64,000 nucleotides of DNA. Source: Octopus sinensis (Eukaryota). The position numbers and the translations under genes were made by a program. This document shows positions 13,539 through 27,340 of the stretch, piece by piece. The stretch covers positions 45,508,001-45,572,000 of the forward strand of contig NC_043009.1 of NCBI RefSeq assembly GCF_006345805.1, written 5' to 3'. The notes under the pieces were generated by a model. That model ran no database searches and was not told the DNA's origin. It saw only the letters and a program-made list of their open reading frames with translations. Every line of letters starts with the position of its first letter. Positions within the stretch are counted from its first letter, which is position 1.

Positions 13539-14759
13539 AATATACACTATATACACTGCACTTGTATATTTCTTCTTTTTTCTTAACGTGTGGCGAAATC
13601 ATATCCTTAAATATATTTCCTATTCAAACTGTTTATTTAAAATACAAAACGGCTCGGTTCGATATGAAAATCTGATTCGTCTCCTGCTACTATAAAGTCA
13701 TTATTGCCTGACCCTGTATATAAAGCATATATTTCTCTTTAGACAATACCCAAAAGGAAGACGCTCTCCGGATCAGAAACAGCTCACGATGTCAAGTGTT
13801 AATGTAATACAAATTACGTTAAAATTAATAATTATAGAGCAATTATTAAAAGATTAGTCAATGACATATTGAATTTATATCTAAAGATAGTGGAATCGAA
13901 CTAGATATGTTTGTATGTTATTATCACCTCATCAGCGAAGCACTCACTTTACAGTACTTACCGCAGTATTGATACAATAGCGAATACATTAAAGTAAAGT
14001 AATATACATTGGTTCATTTAGAAAAGGATGTTGATTAGAGAATGAATGAGTCTTGATATAACCATCTGCAGAATAAACATTAACTGATTGCTAAAGTGTT
14101 TAAGGCAAGGAGCATTAATAATGTAAGTATGCATTATTTGACGACGAATAAAAAAATCCTTAAATAGACAATGACTATCAATATAGCTATAATGTTTAAA
14201 TGGTAAATAGAGGAGAAAACACAGTATACGTTTCTACCTTATGATCTCTTCAACAAAGTAAATAATTCAGTATCGCCGAAATAAAGTAATTTATGACGAA
14301 TCATAATTAAATGTACAACATTGTGTGCTGTAAATCTAGTTAATTACCATCGTGTCATCTCATCTCTTAAACTGTCAAATAATTTCGCTCAAATTTACAA
14401 AATATGTATTATATTTAATCATGTGTGAATTGAAATATATTTTATTTTTATTTATCCATTCTGCTTCATCGTATCACTTATTCTAAAATTAATAATGTGT
14501 CAAAATACACAATGAAGTTATGATTAGAATCAATGAGAAGAGCCTGGACATTGTTGCTTGGCTTTCTACGAATACCACCCAAACATTCCTCAGCACATAC
14601 CCAGCGTTCTATAAAACTGGCGTGCGCATCGGATAATGTAGTCCTTTACATCTGATGAGATAGTCACAGTTGAAAAGTATTTGATGAGAGGTTTAATAAG
14701 TGGAAGTGGAGAATTCTTCAGGGGCTTGGCAACCATTCGCTAACCAGCTGAACCCTCAT

Positions 14760-14999
14760 TACAGAAATACGCAAATTAGTACACGCCCCCACACACACAT
14801 ACTGGATTCCTGGAAGAAATAATCTATTCCTTGTCTGGAACATTTTGGTTACCTGCTTCATATTTAGGAACAATGGTAAGAAGCACCTTGCAAGAATGTT
14901 GAAATTGATAGATATCAGTCATGAATTGATCAAGTTCACTATGGAAATTAATGAAAAGGAAATTCCTTTTCTGGGCATGATAATTAAAAAAGTTTAACA
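14760..14999 (+). pseudogene. Penelope-like RT fragment
   Basis: GFLEEIIY (about 14803) and IKFTMEINEKEIPFLGMIIKK (14929-14990), matching PLE RT GYLEExxY and IKFTMExxxxxLPFLDV motifs; disrupted. Confidence 0.6.
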
Positions 15000-15320
15000 A
15001 GCAGCTTTATACACTAGAAGAAGCAGTCAAAATACCAAACTCACATTTAAGAGCAATTTCGAAGGGAATGAAACATAAAAAAACATTTACCTGGTTATAT
15101 TTTTACGAGCATACCAATATTTCGAATTTCATTTAGCAAATAAAATAATTTGCTAGGCAAAATTCTCATCAGTGACCGCGCCATAACATTAACATATAAT
15201 TTAGAGTCTCATCATTATATATTATAATTTTTCAAATTCACCGCACGAGCGCAATTTCAGTCGCCAGCAAATGAAAAATTGCCGAAGTAATCTTCTGAAA
15301 ATGCTAAAAAAACTAAAAAC

Positions 15321-15324
<4 letters not shown>

Positions 15325-15385
<61 letters not shown>

Positions 15386-15425
15386 CACACACACAGTCAC
15401 ACACACACATGCAGTAACACACACA
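15325..15425. repeat. (CA)n microsatellite
   Basis: Directly visible. Confidence 0.95.
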
Positions 15426-16694
15426 TAAACATACATATGTTACTAATTGTTTGGAAAAAATGCCATTAAATATAATAATTGAGAAGAAAAGATATGAAAT
15501 CGATTTGCCAAAAATTATTTTTCATTTACGCCAATATACATCAACTTTGTTCAATACAATCCCACTAACTGTCTCCTGTTATCGCGTGACACATAATTCT
15601 ACTCTGCGGAATAGATATCTCACTTTATATTTCCAAAGTATTTCTGATGGTGGTGTCTGGAACTACTAACATGGAAGGTATTCTATCATAATATATCTCT
15701 TTTCCCCCCTAAACATCAGTAAGATTTCTACCGTCACTAGTCATTCTCTTCTACTGTCCTCTAAACCGAACACTTGTTCCTGCCGATCTGCAAACTATAT
15801 CATCTTGCATATGTGACATATATTTCACTCCACTTCTTTCTCTGTCTCTCTGTCTTTCACATTGTGGGTTCAAAGGGAAAATCATTTGCCATTCTCAACG
15901 ATACGTATTGTGCTTATTTGCACAATACATCAACCTCTTGAATTCTTTTGGTCCCCTACTTATCTTTTCCTCGGTTTTATCCAGTATTCATATAGTTTCA
16001 TAATGAAGTTAACCTACTTCATATTTCTTCTTAATTGACTACCGCTGCTCTTCGATAACGCTATTGCCTTAAGTATGTGGTTAGATATATCCTACTTCGT
16101 GTCTTACAAGTTTTGGAAGACAATATTCACTAACACCAACCCAGACAACAAAATGTGTGGCTGTTAACTTCCTCCTTCCAGCATCTGTATCAAATAATTA
16201 TCTTCCAACATCTGTATCAAATAATTAAGTCCCAGTCTAAAATTTCAAAATGAGTTTCCACTCATCTGGCATACAGGAGACGGACACTTCATTCAATGAC
16301 GTTAATTACCATACAAGTTACTGCTTAGAAAATACAAACGCCTATGTTTGCGGTGTTAAAGCACCGTAGCTAATGTCCCTTCTGCTTACCTAAATTCCAT
16401 CCTTGACCCTACTTTTCGATGCGATTTTAAAGACATCCAGTGTCTAAACTTTACCACGTGTAGAAACTCATGTTCCACTAAAATTGCTTTGGCTACTCGG
16501 ACCCAGTAGAACCATTGATTCTAATAGTCTTTTCCAATTGTCTACAGAAAATGGAGGAGTTCCCTTTCTTTACAACGCTTGAATCCTTAATTATAAGTCA
16601 AGATCCTTGTTTCTTTGTGAAGAATTCATGACACAATCCATTGTGTGGTATCTTATTACCTAAAAACACAGATAGTCTGACGCTACAAATTCCT

Positions 16695-16820
16695 GACACT
16701 TTGTTCTCAGAAGGGTATATCAGCCGAAACGTTGTGTTAACAACAAACAAGATGAGGACAAATATCCATCAAATGTAAATAAAATAAATAATTCCTCATC
16801 TCTTAAATACAGAACTGTAT
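16695..16820 (+). mobile_element. Probable PLE terminal-repeat relic with degenerate hammerhead-like fold
   Basis: TTGTT-CTCAGAA-GG..CC-GAAAC-GTTGT-GTT-AACAA: stems I-III and GAAA present, CUGANGA core mutated. Confidence 0.35.
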
Positions 16821-16867
16821 AATAATAATGGTTTCAGACTTTGACTCAAGGCCAACAATATCAGGAT

Positions 16868-17032
16868 GGGGTTAAGTCAATTACATCGACAATAGTACTC
16901 AACTAGTACTTATTTTATCGACCCAAAAAGGACAAAAGGCAATGTCTAGTCCGGAGTCATTTGAACTCAGAACGTAAAGTTGGAAGAAAAGCATTTTGTT
17001 CAGCTTGTTGACTGTTCTACTTACTCACCGCT
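16868..17032 (-). mobile_element. SINE family A, diverged
   Basis: TTAAGTCAATTACATCGAC...TTTATCGACCCAAAAAGGACAAAAGGCAA...TTTGAACTCAGAACGTA aligns with 4300-4405. Confidence 0.7.
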
Positions 17033-19399
17033 TAAATAATAGATGTAATATATTCATGTCACTGTATATGAGACTAAGTATAAAGGTGTTTTTTTTCTTA
17101 TTTTTAAACCATCATAAATTCTTGCTGAAGCTATAGCAGATCTATGCATCAACTGAATTACTTTCCCATATTGTGATATATTAAACATTTAGTGGCTTAA
17201 ATATACAAAGAAATATTTCTCGTTTTTATTACATTCAATCTGATATATAAAACATTCAATATTTACATGATACAAACACTTCTTAGTATTAAAATCACCA
17301 CTTCAGTAGCAGTAAAGATACAGGAATACCAGTTTGGAATATTTGATTAGCTCGACTTTTCCTAAGACTGAATTATATTTTGACACAAGAACAGATCAAC
17401 TGAACAGATTATTTAAGTAATTTTACAAATGTGTGAAGTTCTTGACATTTTTACGTCTTGCTTCTTTCCTTTCTATTTTACAACCGTCGCGGACATTCGA
17501 TAGTAAATATTTGATCCATATTACTGAAGTTTGAACAGAACATTTTTTCCAACAACAGGTTTTCTGTTTTTATGTCCCTCGTTTATTATTGCTGCTAATG
17601 ATATTTGAAGACAAAACTTCATATATATATATATTCTATTCTTATGAAAAATAGACGAGTATTACTTATATTTTATTGGTATAGGAATTGTGTGTGTAAG
17701 ATAACCATTTAAAAGTAGACGTTTAGTACCTGAATTAAAGACTTTAATTTGTATGTTCCATGATGTTTCTCCAATGCAGATGAGCCAACAAATAATATTT
17801 CATAACGTTATTAGTAAATTTCCGATGAACAGAACTTTTTACAGAATATATTGCAAGTAACATCGTAAGAGAAATATTTTTTCCAGTTTTGTGATGCTTT
17901 GAATTACTATTTAAATGCAATCAAATATTGGTTAATATTTCGACACTGTGGCTTGACTACAAATAACGAAAACCATTTACATCGAAAGTTTTAATAATCG
18001 AGTAGGTAATATTTCCGTGTACAAGACATGATAAATAGGCTCATATTCACAGTGAACGATTTATTTTGTAATTCAGCAATATACTTCATTCTAAAATTTC
18101 TCAACTATCCAAAAATATAGTAAATGGATACTGAACTTCAAATTCATTTTGAAAAGGAGTGAGATAGGAGAGGGGGAGAACAATGTGCATTAAGTTGTGT
18201 TATAATTTTAGTTATATTGAAAGGTGTCTGTGAGTTTTATTTTTTTAAATGTCTTACTGCCGTCTAATACCAACTTAAGGTATCAGCACTCTAATCAGTT
18301 CTCTGAGGCTCACAAATCTGACGAATGCTAATGTAAATATGTTATAGTTGTGTGTGTAGAAGAAGCCACGAAGTACTTTGTTTGCTCCGTCCACTTGCTG
18401 TTGGCTACAATGTTGGTAATATGGCCCTGTTATTATGTAAATATTTATTATATCAGGTTTCTTTATTTTAACGAGATATCATATTATTTATGTAGTTATT
18501 GGTACCATACCTAATGCAATTCGGAATTTTAAAAAATGCTTATATTGAGAATAGAAATTATTAGCTTAGTGAATAATGTTGTAATCTGACTTCGGTGCGA
18601 AGGGGTGAGAACATAATATCCAGCAAACCATTAGCTTATCTACAGTTGGTAGATTAATAATTACTGTGTCGATCTGTGGTAAGTAATGTACACAAGTGCC
18701 TACAATTAGCATGAAGACTGAGGGTAATTTCTCAGCGACTGCAGCTGCATCAATAGTAGTAGTTACGTTATTGCTATCATACCTAATATAGCGAAAAAAA
18801 AGACACAAGAAAATATCCTGTTAATTCATAACACTTCTGCAGTGCGGAAGAAAATATTAGTTTTGTGTGTAGCCTAATATATATTTGATATGTGAACTGA
18901 GATGCTTTGATGCCCTTGGGATTTTATGACGTAATTCAAATTGGAGTCAACCGAATATCTGTCTCTTGTTCTAAGATTTTAAATCTGTATCTGCTTCAGA
19001 TACAGAATGTTATAGTCTTGTTCCATAAGTGATCTTTTGAATAGACTTGAGACATGCTTGGCATTTACTTTATAGAACTCAAAACATGACAGGAAAAGTC
19101 AATAATGTAAGATAGTTCATGCGGAACTCACTCATTCTTGATAGCTAATCGCTCGCCTTGATTCTAATCGATTGTTTTATATTAATGAAACTTGTTAGCT
19201 TATAGAGAAAAGAAGAATGAAAACAGTTTGCCTTTTTGTGTTCCTCAAAAGCTAATGGCAATGTCTGTGAAATGAACTCCTGTCATAACAAGAACTGAAA
19301 TTGTGAAGATATGATTTTATATGCCCAGAGCAATCATTGTACGTTAACGTATGAACTACGTTTTTACTGACATCGTATTGATTTCTTTAGAATTGGCTC

Positions 19400-21950
19400 A
19401 AGGCATATATATTTTGAGGCGTAGGCTTTACAGTCGACATTATATTACTTGAAGGTGCTTTATATTATCAAGAATCAACATTAACAATGACTCCAGCAAA
19501 ATTTCAACACAGGAGGTTGGCGAGACAAAATACTGTTAGTTATTGATATATAAAAGAGGCATCGGATTAGATATTTCGCTTTTTCAATAGAAAGGTAAAA
19601 AATGTATCATAGTATATTAATTAAACTACCTGGAGTAATTTAATAGCTTTTGCTGAAACCTTCTGCTTCACCTACCTTTTGAAAATCCTACTATAATAAC
19701 AACCATTTTCGTTGCCTTTATATTTATTGAAGTAGCTGTGTGGAACTTCTCAACAATTTTATCACTCCAAAATTCCATTTAGTTTAAAGACTAATCTTGT
19801 GACAAGGTTTATCGTTCACAAACGAGAAATGTTGTTCAACTATCATTTATATAAATTTAAGCAGATCTATAACATATGGTATCTATCAAATAGATCTCCA
19901 CAATAAAGCAAAATCTCCGATTGTAAGACGATAAATACGTTTTGTAAAATTTGACTTGGCAATTTCTATCAGATCTATCTATTGGACGAGCTTCTTTTCG
20001 ATATCTCTTCTGAAATGTTTTGTAGCGGAATTCCTTTTTGTTCTCTATCATTGTTTTGATCTTTGAAGGTTATTTATACACTGTATTTCTTATTTAGTGA
20101 TCTTATCCGGGGGCTGTTCAACAACACTGAAACTGTTTCATTGAATGTTTTGTCCTACCTTCATACTTATCAAATTCCGTGGAGAATTTCTTGGTAAATA
20201 TACAAAGCCATCGTCAATATCGAAATCAATACAATGTTTGTTTCACACACACACACACACGCACACATACACACAAACACATACACACACACAGACACAA
20301 ACACACACACAAACACACACACATCAAGAAACGCTACTCATATGCGCTACTCATATCAAGAAACGCTCATCACGTATTCTCTTATATATCTATGTATGTA
20401 ATGTTATATTTGGAATGCGTGTGAATCACATACATATGTCTAATAGCAGCATTCATATAAGTAATCTTGATTTTGTCATATCGATTATAAAAGTATCAGA
20501 GTTTAGGCGTTTTATTTTTTATAAAAGTGTTTTCAAAGAAGAATCACCATTTCCTTCCCATCATTCCTCTTATAGTTAAGTTGACCCGCGATACAGACAT
20601 TTAAATTGGAAAATGGCGTAGCTACTATTTTTGGATCATCAAATGAAAAGGTTTGTGGGTATTTGCCTCATGGAAAACAAACAGTCGTAGGAAAGTTATT
20701 TTCTCCTAATTAAATGTTCATTAATGATCACAGAGTTACCCTGTAATGAAACAATTCTTATTATGATATTTTTCAAATTTCTCGTCTGGTTTAATGAACG
20801 AATGCCCTTTAGTGGAATATGAAATTATCCATTTTGGTGAAATGCGTGGATTATTTTAGAATTATATAGATAAAGTTTCCTTTATAATTTACTTTCTTAG
20901 AAATCTTGATCTCACTCGTGAAAATTATACCGGATGAGTATCACCAAAATATTTTCCACTAATAATGTTCTTTAGAGACATTAGATAATAAAAGGCTGCA
21001 AGTATATCGTTGACTTGTTGAAGAGAAGTTATTGATTAGAGCAGAGATGTAGAGATCGATATATTCAGATCAGAGCGATTCAGTTTTGTAGAAGTACGAA
21101 TAGAATGAATAATTCCCAAAACATTTTGTTCATCTGTTAACAAGCAATGACAGTGACTTCGAATTTTGTGCCTGCTCCACTTCGTCAAACTGTGGTACTC
21201 CAGAGTTCCTATTTTTAATATGGTTTCTAGTAATTTGTTTTTCTGGGGCAGACGGAAAAATATGAAATAATAATTGGGCTTGACGTACGTACGTCTGTGA
21301 AATACATGTGTAGGTAAAGTGAGAGAGGGCAGTAAGAAGCAAGTGTATTAATAGGGTTAGGGCTGATGTAAAGAAATCATTGGAAGAATTTTTTTGTGGT
21401 GGAAGTTGTCTCATTGTTTAGAGTTCGGTCAAACGCGTAGGTGGCTTTGTAAACAACTGCGTCTACATTAGGTGTGTTAGATTTAGGCCATGAGATTATT
21501 TGTATTAGAATTTGGCTATCGGTGTATTTAAGGGTTCAAAAACATCAGTAGATGAAAAGATTAGCTAGTCTGCATATATCTAATTAAGGTCTAATTGTTA
21601 TTGATGCTATTTGATTTCTATTTAGGAAATTTAATCTGTGTGATTGACGACAATGTTAGCTAAAGTATTAAAAGCGGAATTGTGTTGGATTTCCAGCGTG
21701 GATATTCGTGTGTCTGGCTGTCGCTGATCAGTCCTATGCTTGCTGGGAACTCTCTGTTGAAAGCGGGATACTGTTGGTCTGGTGAAACTGAGGGTGAGGA
21801 TTTGGTTTGGGATTAGCGCAGTTTTCTTTGTGTTCCTGTAACCCTACTCTGTTCTCAGGAGGCAGTACCTCTGTTGGCGCAGCTTCATCAGACAGAACGG
21901 TTTTTCGCTTCAGTTTCCCAGGTGCCGTGATTAATCTCTAAGCTCTTCAG
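19400..21950 (-). mobile_element. Heavily decayed Penelope-like element (RT and linker)
   Basis: Minus-strand motifs IDDGFVYLP (about 20216-20190), RFLD (about 20355) and SRQPPVLK (19524-19501); a CTGATGA lies on the minus strand at about 21890, near the putative 5' end; many stops; boundaries approximate. Confidence 0.45.
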
Positions 21951-22088
21951 TGTGACTTTGAATGTATTTTTGAAGACCCTTTTCCTTTTTCTATTCTCCT
22001 TACACGCGCATATATATATATATTGATAAAAATGGTAAGACAACAAAAGAATGAAAGAGACCTCGATATTATGTAAATAGAGGAATTT

Positions 22089-22212
22089 ATCTGTAAATGT
22101 AATTTGTTACAATTATTCGGTAGCCATGATAAAACTCCGATAAAACTCGGCATCCGAAACTCCGAGTTTTATCATGGCTACCGAATAATTGTCACGTATT
22201 ACATTTACAGAT
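22089..22212. mobile_element. Small foldback element, about 49-bp arms
   Basis: ATCTGTAAATGTAAT..GT.ACAATTATTCGGTAGCCATGATAAAACTC and its reverse complement; 29-bp perfect core. Confidence 0.75.
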
Positions 22213-22229
22213 GTATATATATGTACGTA

Positions 22230-22273
<44 letters not shown>

Positions 22274-22313
<40 letters not shown>

Positions 22314-22563
22314 GTATGTGGCAGTCCCAGTTGGGACGAATGTTACTTTTATTTAGCCCCAGAAAAAAGCGTGTCCAGCTGGCTGTACCACACACTATTT
22401 GTGTCCTTATATTTTCGAACAGTCCTGGTTGAGATGAATATTATTGTTATTTCCTAAGCTCCCCTGTTCGAAAATATAAGAACACAGATCTTGTTATATC
22501 AATGTTTGCATGAGTGCACAAGCAAGCAAACATACATATAGACACAGATATATATGTACATAA

Positions 22564-22632
<69 letters not shown>

Positions 22633-22648
22633 ATATATATATATATAA

Positions 22649-22686
<38 letters not shown>

Positions 22687-22936
22687 GTATGTGGCAGTCC
22701 CAGTTGGGACGAATGTTACTTTTATTTAGCCCCAGAAAAAAGCGTGTCCAGCTGGCTGTACCACACACTATTTGTGTCCTTATATTTTCGAACAGTCCTG
22801 GTTGAGATGAATATTATTGTTATTTCCTAAGCTCCCCTGTTCGAAAATATAAGAACACAGATCTTGTTATATCAATGTTTGCATGAGTGCACAAGCAAGC
22901 AAACATACATATAGACACAGATATATATGTACATAA

Positions 22937-23000
<64 letters not shown>
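22274..23000. repeat. Head-to-tail tandem duplication, 373-bp unit, containing a hairpin-element remnant
   Basis: Non-repetitive part 22309-22570 recurs at +373 (22682-22943) with no difference seen; junctions in (TA)n; ORF track offsets (22395/22768, 22432/22805) confirm the period. Confidence 0.9.
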
Positions 23001-23026
<26 letters not shown>

Positions 23027-23079
23027 GAGAGAGACAGAGACAGAGAGGGGGAAAGAGAGAGAGATAGAAAGAAAAGAGA

Positions 23080-23565
23080 GAGCATGAAAAGGCATATTCT
23101 TAAGATTATAAATATGGAAAAGTACAGGACAAGTTATTACATGTGTAAAAGTATAGGATAAACTATTACTTCTAGTAAAGTAAAAAATAAGAAACTTTTT
23201 GCTTAAAATATTGCAGCAAAGAATGCCAGTTCTACTTTGTCACTTTTTACAGTTCTCATCTTTAAAATTTATTGTACAAAACTGTTCAGCTAATTTGTAA
23301 GTTTGTCTAATTAATCACGATTTTTTCAGTGTTTAAGATAGTAACTCAGCCAAATTCTACTTAAATAAGACTAGTGTTATTTGTAAACTATAATAAAATA
23401 AATTTTATTATTCAAATTTTAATTTTAGCTGCAATATTTTAAGTAATAAGGTTCTTATTCTCTACTTTACTAGAAGTAATAGCTTGTCCTATACTTTTAC
23501 AGTGGTAATAACTTGTTCTGTACTTTTCTATGTTTTTAATTTGAAGAATATGACTGTTCATGCTC
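23080..23565. mobile_element. Foldback/MITE, about 140-bp imperfect arms, about 210-bp spacer
   Basis: 23080-23218 (GAGCATGAA...GAAAAGTACAGGACAAGTTATTAC...CTATTACTTCTAGTAAAGTA...AATATTGCAGC) pairs with 23427-23565. Confidence 0.75.
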
Positions 23566-24397
23566 GCATTTTCCCATTGTATCCATGAGTTTTCCAGGCA
23601 TTCCTGTTATAATATAATTGATAATGTGAAAGATAATACTGAAAGATAATATTTCAATTTTTCCATATAAGTGATGATAATATTTCAATTCTTTTCGTGT
23701 TTAATTAAAATATATGTTGTGATTGAATTATTTGATATTACCCATACACACCAAATTTATGGCAGGGATTTTTACCATGTTGTGGTTTGCACGATGACTC
23801 ACCAAAAGTTACAAACAACAAGACTCGAAAACCAGTTGCCAGGCCCACCTTAAGTAACATAATTTTGCAATATTAGGAAGTCACTTCGCTGCAAAAACTC
23901 AATTTTTTTCTTAGTGAAAATCGTGCAGGTGTTAATATAGAAATTGACCATAATGTTGCTGTTGTTATTTAGCCTCAAATAAACCCCGATACTGCAAACG
24001 TATCATCAAAGACATTCCAGCCTTCAGAACATTACATACAACGGGCGTGTGATTTAGGTAGAGGGATACTTTGGCCGCTATTTTTAGCGCGTCGAGCGAC
24101 GAGGTAGAGGTTCTTTCATTGGTTCGATTGCATGATGAGATTGTTTTTACACATATATGTAATAGGTATATAAATCATCATCAGAAGTTAGAGAGTAAGT
24201 CAAAAGCTGAGAGTGTCGTGTATTGGCACTTATCAAGCACAAATTTGTCAATTATCACTCTGTAACTTCTAACGGAATAACTTCTAAAATACAAAATTTT
24301 GTAAAAAGCGTTAAGAGTAAACCCTGTTCTATGTAACATATTCCACCAGTATCGGAAGTTTGAAAGTGTTCAGTTTAAAAAAAATAATATGTACGTC

Positions 24398-24499
24398 TAA
24401 GTCAAACTCGGCGAAATTTGAACTCAAATACATAAAGACAGACGAAATACCGTAAGGCATTTCACCCCTGGCGCTAACATTTCTGCCAGGTCACCGACT
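24398..24499 (-). mobile_element. SINE family A 5' (tRNA-head) fragment
   Basis: CTCGGCGAAATTTGAACTCA...GACGAAATACCG...GCATTTCACCC...GCTAACATTTCTGCCAG aligns with 4378-4465. Confidence 0.7.
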
Positions 24500-25861
24500 T
24501 AGGAAGTTGGCATTCATTTTAGAAATATATTCTTTATTCTTATTGCTGAAGCGTTACTCATTTACTTCCTTCCTTACTGACATGGAATTTCGTAACATTT
24601 TACTTCTTAACTCTTTTTCTACTAATTTTTGTTTAATGCGACTAGCAAATCTGAATTCCTCATGCATTTCTCTATCATTGAAACCTAAGAAAATATAGTT
24701 TTAATTTACAATTAAAAACATTTATGTCAATTGAGGATGAATATCTGCCTTACCGCAGGTATTTTGATGTACCTTTTTTCTACTGAGCCAATTTTCAAAC
24801 TATTTATGCCAAAATGTAGCTGAGGAGGTGTCCTCTTTAACACTATTAACGGTATGCAATTTAGTTGAGAACTGAATTATTGGTGAAGTTTGGAAGCTGC
24901 TGCGATTGACGAAATGGTGGACTTAAGCATATATTCAACTACTATCGTGGTTGAATGATAAACAGTGAAATGGTCATCAATGGACTGCATTTGCTTTATG
25001 GATCTGATTGATCACAACTAACACGGGTCGTAGAAAACAACATCAGTATCCAGGCTAAGAAACCGGTTTTCTAATTGTGTGAACTTGGGAACTGAGAAAA
25101 TATTTGGGATTTTAGCTATGTTGAGAAGAAAAATATATTCTAAAGGTAGGTAGCCATTTAAATAACGATGTATTGATGTGTTGTATAAGTTGAGCGATAG
25201 ATTGCAATTAGCATATATCTACATAATTAGATTCAATCATAAAGCATTATAAATATATTTACCATACAAACGTTAGAGTTGATATTTATTCATTATAACT
25301 ATGGCGTGTTATTACATAAGAATTAATTAAAGATTTGTATTTTAATATTTCAATATATTTTAGAAATCTAGTCATCCGTTATTCGAAGTTGCTATGGCCT
25401 CTTTCTCTTTCACTTTCACAGATTCGGTGTTATCAGAACATTGAGAATTCATAAAACTAATTAGAATCACCTCATAGGCTTTAATCACAATTTTAAGACC
25501 AACGTGTCTTAAAATTAATTAAGCAGTGACTTGTTTTATTTCATCATGCATAATACAGTAGTATTTTTGTTTTATTTAAATTTCATTTATATTCAAGATT
25601 TTTTTAAAAATCGGCTTTTCGTCTAATTGATCTCAAACATGAAGGGTTCGAAGCTATGTTTTATACATCCAGTAGCATAAACATCGACTTATTGCTGGCA
25701 GAGTCAATGCACAATTCTCATTGAAGAATCTATAACCGATATCCATGCATCAGCTTTGCACTGCATGCATATATAAGCTTTGTTACAGATTCACTTTAAA
25801 TAAAACTAAAGAGGAGAGCATAAAAACACATGTTATAGTCTCTGCATGTAAGAGTCTATCT

Positions 25862-26205
25862 ATTTAGTTGTCTCTCTCCATGTGGTAGTCTCTTCATGCA
25901 GTAGTCTTGCTCCGTGTAGTAGTCTTTCCATCTAAAAATATTTTTATAATAGTCTCTCTCCATACAGTTGTAGTCCCTCTCTATAGAATTTATTCTCCCA
26001 GTAGTTGTCTCTCCATGTATTTGTTTCCTTCACGCTGTAGTAGTTACTCTCTCCATCTCTCTCTGTCTCTGTCTCTCTCTCAAGTAGTGTCGTTTTCTCT
26101 AGTAGTGTCCTTCTATTAGTCTCTCTCTCTCCATCTCTCTGTTGCAGTGATTCTCCTTGAAGTAGTTTCTACATTTAGTATTCTCTCCATAGAGTAGTCT
26201 CATTT
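25862..26205. repeat. Degenerate minisatellite, unit about GTAGTCTCTCTCCAT
   Basis: More than 10 variant copies of GTAGT(x)CTCTC(T)CCAT. Confidence 0.6.
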
Positions 26206-26489
26206 ACTAAGTCATCAAGAATCGTTTTAGACTCGGAAACAACACAGTTTCCCGTTTATTTGATCCTGAATAAAATACGTACGTTCAACATATACTGTTA
26301 GCTTGTATTCAGTGCTCCAACATAGACTTAGCAGTGAAATACTTTATTTTATTTATCCCGGAAACTTGCCCTCAGTAGGATTTGAACTCAAGAAGTAATA
26401 AGCTGTAATAAAGATCGGAAATCATTCAGTCCGACGTGCATGCACTGTAAATATTGATTTCAAATTTTGGCATATGCGTAACAATATTG

Positions 26490-26648
26490 GGGAGGGCATA
26501 AGTTGATTACATCGACTCCAGGGCTCAAATGGATGAAAGGATGAAAGGTGAAGTCGACATCGGTGGCATTCGAACCCAGAACGTAGAGACGGTCGAAATG
26601 CCAGTAGGAATTTTGTCTAGCTCGCTGACGACTCTGTCAGTTTGCCAG
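26490..26648 (-). mobile_element. SINE family A, diverged
   Basis: AAGTTGATTACATCGACTCCAG...GAAAGGATGAAAGGTGAAGTCGACATCGGTGGCATTCGAACCCAGAACGTA. Confidence 0.7.
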
Positions 26649-27074
26649 CTTAAATACACCGTAAATACTGACCTTGAGACTTACCGAGTATTTCAACAAA
26701 ATATATTACTACTGAAAAGTGTATACTTATCCAACTTTGTATGACAACGTACATTTTAAGTATTAAAGTATTATGATTATACCTAGCATAAATCCTGGTT
26801 CAACTCCAACAGCTGTTACTTGGATTACTGTGACGTACTTCACTTTAGGGCAAGTATTCAGCCCATATCCCCCAACGGCTCATCTATTATACGTGTATCT
26901 TGTTTAATGATTTATAAATGTTTAATATCATCTGCAATTTCATTGGTCTCAATACACCAGAAGGCGATTATAAAGGTATTGTCTACTTCCACACTTTTCA
27001 CTAATACACAAAATACGCATTCTACAAGTTTGAAACATTTTCCTGGGAGTTATTTATGTATTTGAGAGAAATAA

Positions 27075-27340
27075 AAAAAAAACTCTAATCTCTTTCAAAG
27101 TAGGGTTCTCTGACCTCAGTGGATTTGTAGTGCTCCAGTCAATTCGTTAAGATCCCATGGAAGTCTTCCAAAGTAGAGCCATCAAGAACCCATGTCACAA
27201 CCTCCGTCATCTCCTTCAGCTCGGGAATCAAGTAAAAGTTAAAGGAACGAAGGAGTGGGCTAAAACTACTTTGTACTATGTTTAAATTGTGAATTCCTAG
27301 TTTGGACACTACGTATCTCTTCAATGAACTGGTAAGAATT
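27075..27340 (-). mobile_element. mariner transposase C-terminal remnant
   Basis: Minus-strand SSFSPLLRSFNFYLIPELKEMTEVVTWVLDGSTLEDFHGILTN*LEHYKSTEVREPYFERD* resembles mariner YSPDLAPCDFWLFPKL...EEMKEAV...QEDFHGAFQKLLERY...GDYFEGD*. Confidence 0.55.

Noticed and set aside
13745-13790. …GAAGACGCTCTCCGGATCAGAAACAGCTC, resembling a hammerhead 3' half
   Set aside because: No CUGANGA and no closing stems
14660-14686. CTGATGA…GAAA near a PLE fragment
   Set aside because: Stem II and stem I do not pair
22274-23000. Repeat-spacer appearance suggestive of CRISPR
   Set aside because: It is a two-unit eukaryotic tandem duplication; no short repeats with unique spacers and no cas genes
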